Shown here in pieces: positions 58,668-64,000 of a stretch of 64,000 nucleotides of DNA. The translations under genes were made by a program, and so were the position numbers. This DNA is from the human T2T-CHM13v2.0 reference genome, Homo sapiens, in assembly GCF_009914755.1 (NCBI RefSeq), contig NC_060929.1; one strand, given 5' to 3'. Under the pieces are notes generated by a model that saw only the letters and a list, made by a program, of their open reading frames with translations, did not search any database and had not been told where the DNA came from. How positions within the stretch are numbered: position 1 is the stretch's first letter; every line of letters starts with the position of its first letter.

Positions 58668-59446
58668 TCTGTGGCCCTGGTTGTTTGCCCTCTGCCTGGC
58701 AGGGGCTCTATGGACACAGCCGTTCTGAAAGGTTTTGGGACCAGGCCTTGGAAGCCACCTCTCTGCTTCATTCCCACCTCAGGGTGGGCCTGTCAGTGAG
58801 GATTTACTCCTGAAGGTTTGAGCCGTGCGTGAATGAAGACCTCTGCTTGGTCAGTCCTTTGAAAGCCTCTGCATGGGGGTCAGTGGGCTCCTCAGCCACT
58901 CAGGAGCTGCTGTGATATCCCAGCTGCTCTCCGGGCCCTAACCCAGCTGGGAACTCTCAGAAACATGCACCCTCTCGCCTGCAGGAATGAGGTCGGCCGG
59001 GCCAGGGAGGCTGCTAGGGCGGGGGTCTCCAGGCAGGAGCTCATCCAAGGCTGGAGGGAAGGGCTGGCAGAAGACAGAAAGAGCAGGTTCCATGGGCTGA
59101 GATGGGCAGGAGGGTAGGTGGGGAGGCCGAAGCCACAGGCGATGGGGCAGATAGGTGGGCACAAGGCTGCCCCGTGGAGCTCTGGCCGTGGCACCTCACA
59201 GCCCAAGCCCAGCACAGCTCTCTGCAGAGGTGACCGCATTGCCAGCATGGAACCTGTTCCTACAGACACTTGTCCACGAGTTTACACGCACGGAGACCAC
59301 TGCTGCAAGAAGCCTCATACACGTGTCCACGGGAAAGGACAACTGTCTGCTGAGCACCTGCTGGGTGCTGGGCATCTGAGCCTCCTCCATACACAGCATC
59401 AAAGAGCAGGAGCGGTTTTGATTTTAGTAAACTGTTGCCCCCAAAG

Positions 59447-59823
59447 TGTCTTTGGCTGAACTAGGGCTATCATGATAAACTACCGCAGATGGGGCCTGAA
59501 CAACAGAAATGTGTTCCCTCACAGTCCTGGGGGCTGGAGCTCCGAGATCAAGGCATGGGCAGGGCTGGTTCTCCTGAGGCCTATCTCCTTGGCTTGCAGA
59601 CGCTGCCTCTACCTGTGTCCTCCAGTGGCCGCCCATGTGTGTGTCTGTGTCCTCATCTCCTCTGTAAGGACAACAGTCCTATTGGATTAGGGCCCACCCA
59701 TAGGGCCTATTTTACCTTCTCTATGTCTTTACAGGCCCTATCTCCAAATACACCCACGTTCTGAGGCACCAGGGGTTTGGACTTCAACCTATGAATTTGG
59801 GGGTCACAATTCAGCCCATAGCA
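59447..59823 (-). mobile_element. MLT1B-like solo LTR
   Basis: aacaacagaaat...ctccttggcttgcaga...attggattagggcccaccc...cacaattcagcccatagca. Confidence 0.85.
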
Positions 59824-59849
59824 GTGCCTGTGCTCATCTATGCCCTGCA

Positions 59850-60723
<874 letters not shown>

Positions 60724-61182
60724 TTGCTGTTGTTTTAATGAACATTTCCTCAGTTATTAGTGACCTTGGCCATCATTTCATCGTTCCTGTCTATTTGTGG
60801 TTTCCCTTCTTGGAATTTCCTGAATTTCTTCTTTTTGGAATTCCCACATTTTCTTTTGGATTGGTTTGTCTTTCAATGGTTTATTTGCAAGATGCTTACA
60901 TATTCTAGTATTCATCTTTTCTCTTTTTTATAGGTTGCAAATAGTTTCACGTTGTCTATCATTTTCTTGTTGCTTATGGCATCTTTTGTCATAAGGAGAA
61001 TTTTCAGGTCCATATTAAAAATTGTATGAACTCTCTTTTCTGGTTTATTTTTAGGTTGAATATTCTTTAAAGCATCGTGTACTCAAATGCTATGACCATA
61101 TTCTATATTCTGTCAGTACTCTGATTCTTTTGTTTCTTATGTCTCAATCTTTGATCAATGAAGAATTTATCTTCTGAAAGCC

Positions 61183-61626
61183 GTGAGGAGGTACCTCGGT
61201 TTCTATTATCCGGAGAACATGGTACACCAGCCTTGGCCTGTTTGCACCCGGCCCTTCCCTTGCTCAGCCACGGCCTGTAGGGAGCAGCCCCCTGCAGGTC
61301 AAGTTCCCCACCTCCAGGCTGTGTCCAGCTGGGCTCAGTCCATGGAAGGCACCAGCAAGAGACTGGAGGGCAAGGGCAGGGGGAGCCAGGTGTTTCCACT
61401 CCTCGTGCCCTGCCCAGGTTGCTCTAGCTCCCCAGGGGGAGCACCCCTGCACTCCCACCCTCTGCCAGTAGCCCCCGCCCCCTCATCCCTCCAGCCTCTG
61501 CTGGGACTGCTGTGTCTCTGGACCCTGTTGGCATCTCAACTCTCCCATCTCCTGTGTAACCAGTTCCCTGTGTTCAATTCCTCCTATTTTCAGTATTCCT
61601 TTCCTGTGTGTGCCCTGACTAACACA
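61183..61626 (+). mobile_element. ERVL LTR (LTR33-like)
   Basis: 3' end tgtaaccagttccctgtgtt.aattcc...ccctgactaacaca. Confidence 0.45.
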
Positions 61627-61913
61627 AATAGCAATAATCATATCCTGTTTATTTTTCATTTTAAGAAAAAGAAAAAGAAAAAAAAAAGCTCTTCCCACCA
61701 ATTGGAGATGCCACTTCCACCTTGCAGTAAATTCCCATAAATGCAGAGATGTGTCCCGGCCTCTCTCCTGGCTCACTGTCCATTCTGTGTCTTGTACCAA
61801 CAGCACGCTAGTCCAAGCCTAAGGATTCCAGCATCTCAGAGGCACCTGGTAGTGCCCGTTGGCTGCTACTCCCCACATAACGGTGAGGTGAGTAGCTGCT
61901 GCTGTTCCTGTAA

Positions 61914-62299
<386 letters not shown>

Positions 62300-62396
62300 C
62301 CTGGGAAGATTTTAATTGAGATTTTATTGAATTTATATGAATTCAGGAAGGAAGTCTTTGCGATATTAGCTATTTGCTTCCTGCATGTGCTACTTC

Positions 62397-62694
62397 TTTT
62401 TTTTTTTTTTTTTTGAGACGAGTCTTGCTCTGTTGCCCAGGCTGGAGTACAGTGGCATGATCTCGGCTCACTGCAACCTCCACCTCCCGGGTTCAAGCAA
62501 TTCTCTGCCTCAGCCTCCCGAGTGGCTGGGATTACAGGCGCCCACCACCATGCCTGGCTAATTTTTTTGTATTTTTAGTAGAGACAGGGTTTCACCATCT
62601 TGGCCAGGCTGGTCTTGAACTCCTGACCTTGTGATCCACCTGCCTCGGCCTCCCAAAGTGCTAGGATTACAGGCGTGAGCCACCGCACCCGGCT
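62397..62694 (-). mobile_element. AluS with TSD gcatgtgcta(c/t)ttctt
   Basis: Full Alu on the reverse strand. Confidence 0.93.
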
Positions 62695-63148
62695 GCATGT
62701 GCTATTTCTTACCATCACTTCAGATTTTCTTTTATATTCTCTAGTAAGGTTTTTATGATTTTCCACAGTGGGATCCTCCCATTTTATGTTAGATTCATTC
62801 CGAGGCATTGCCTGGATTCTGTGGCTATTGTGACTGACATCTCGTTTCTGTTGTGCTTTTAATTAGTTAATGCTGTGGTTAGGAACGCTACTGGCTTTTT
62901 ATGTTGATCTTATATTTCACCATTTTGCTCAACTCTCAAACAATATTAATTTCACAGGTGATTGAATCAATGATAGCTTTTCTTCTCTTCCTTTGCAATT
63001 TTAATTTTTTCATGGCCAACTCCACTTTTTAGCTAGAAGTGATAACAAAGAACTTATCCTGAGTGACTATCAGGAATGAGTCTAATTATTTCACCATTAA
63101 ATATAACATTTGTTTGAGATTTCCAGCAGACACCCTTTATTAAGTTGA

Positions 63149-63478
<330 letters not shown>

Positions 63479-63489
63479 AAGTTGATCAA

Positions 63490-64000
63490 ATTTTTAAAGC
63501 ATCCAATAAAGAGGATAGACAAAGCCAAAAGATAGTTCTTTAAAAAGCAAAAGAAAATGAGGAAACCCTGCTGAGCACTTGAGCAGAAAAACAGTAGAGA
63601 TGGGGCAAGAAGATACCGTCAGAAATGTTTGGGAGAGCTCACTATAGGTCTTACAGGCATTCAAAAAATAAGAGGACAAAATATCAAACAGAAAGTTACC
63701 AGATAACCCCGCATTGAAATCGCACGTCCACACAGAAACGTACCCAAATGTTCACAGCAATATTGTTCGCACACGCCAAAAAGGGGAAACAACTCAAGTG
63801 CCCACCAACTGATGAACATAGAAACCAAATGTGGTCCCTCTCTGCAATGGAGTATCATTCACTCTTGAAAGTAACTGAAGTGCTGCCGCACACTCCAGCA
63901 GGATGGATCTCAAACACACGGTGCTGAGTGGCTGCAGTTTCTCCCGGAAGGTCCCATGTTGTATGTGGGATGACTTCTTTTTATGAAATGTCCAGAGCAG
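63490..64000 (+). mobile_element. Old L1 3' fragment
   Basis: aaatgttcacagca.tatt.ttc...aaacaactcaagtgcccaccaactgatgaa...atggatctcaaa. Confidence 0.7.

Noticed and set aside
58107-58813. Repetitive 230- and 166-aa ORFs and a CRISPR-like look
   Set aside because: 43-bp tandem repeat without unique spacers; eukaryotic DNA with no cas genes.

Overview
Primate (human-like) genomic DNA, not microbial: GC-rich, Alu-dense, intergenic or intronic. I recognise no intact protein-coding gene, tRNA, rRNA or CRISPR array. Much of the window is interspersed repeats: 24 Alus (three AluY nested inside older AluS), fragmented old L1s, MaLR LTRs (MLT1, MST, THE1, including one full-length THE1 provirus), ERV1 solo LTRs (MER41, MER57), MER20, MIR and L2. 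There are also several GC-rich minisatellites. Long ORFs in the supplied track come from VNTRs, Alus, THE1-int or high GC. The most notable non-repeat signal is at 34.9-40.0 kb (+). Exon-like blocks with splice sites there assemble into a disabled gene for an apparent small secreted peptide precursor, with a signal-peptide-like start, KR/GR basic sites and a duplicated TSxGFNxLVEYLQE..LDxA helix whose two copies differ largely at synonymous sites. I cannot assign it to a known gene. Other oddities are a ~330-bp diverged inverted duplication (6820-8610) and an exon-like foreign segment inside an L1 (15063-15530). Repeat subfamily calls come from recalled consensus sequences, and boundaries are approximate.
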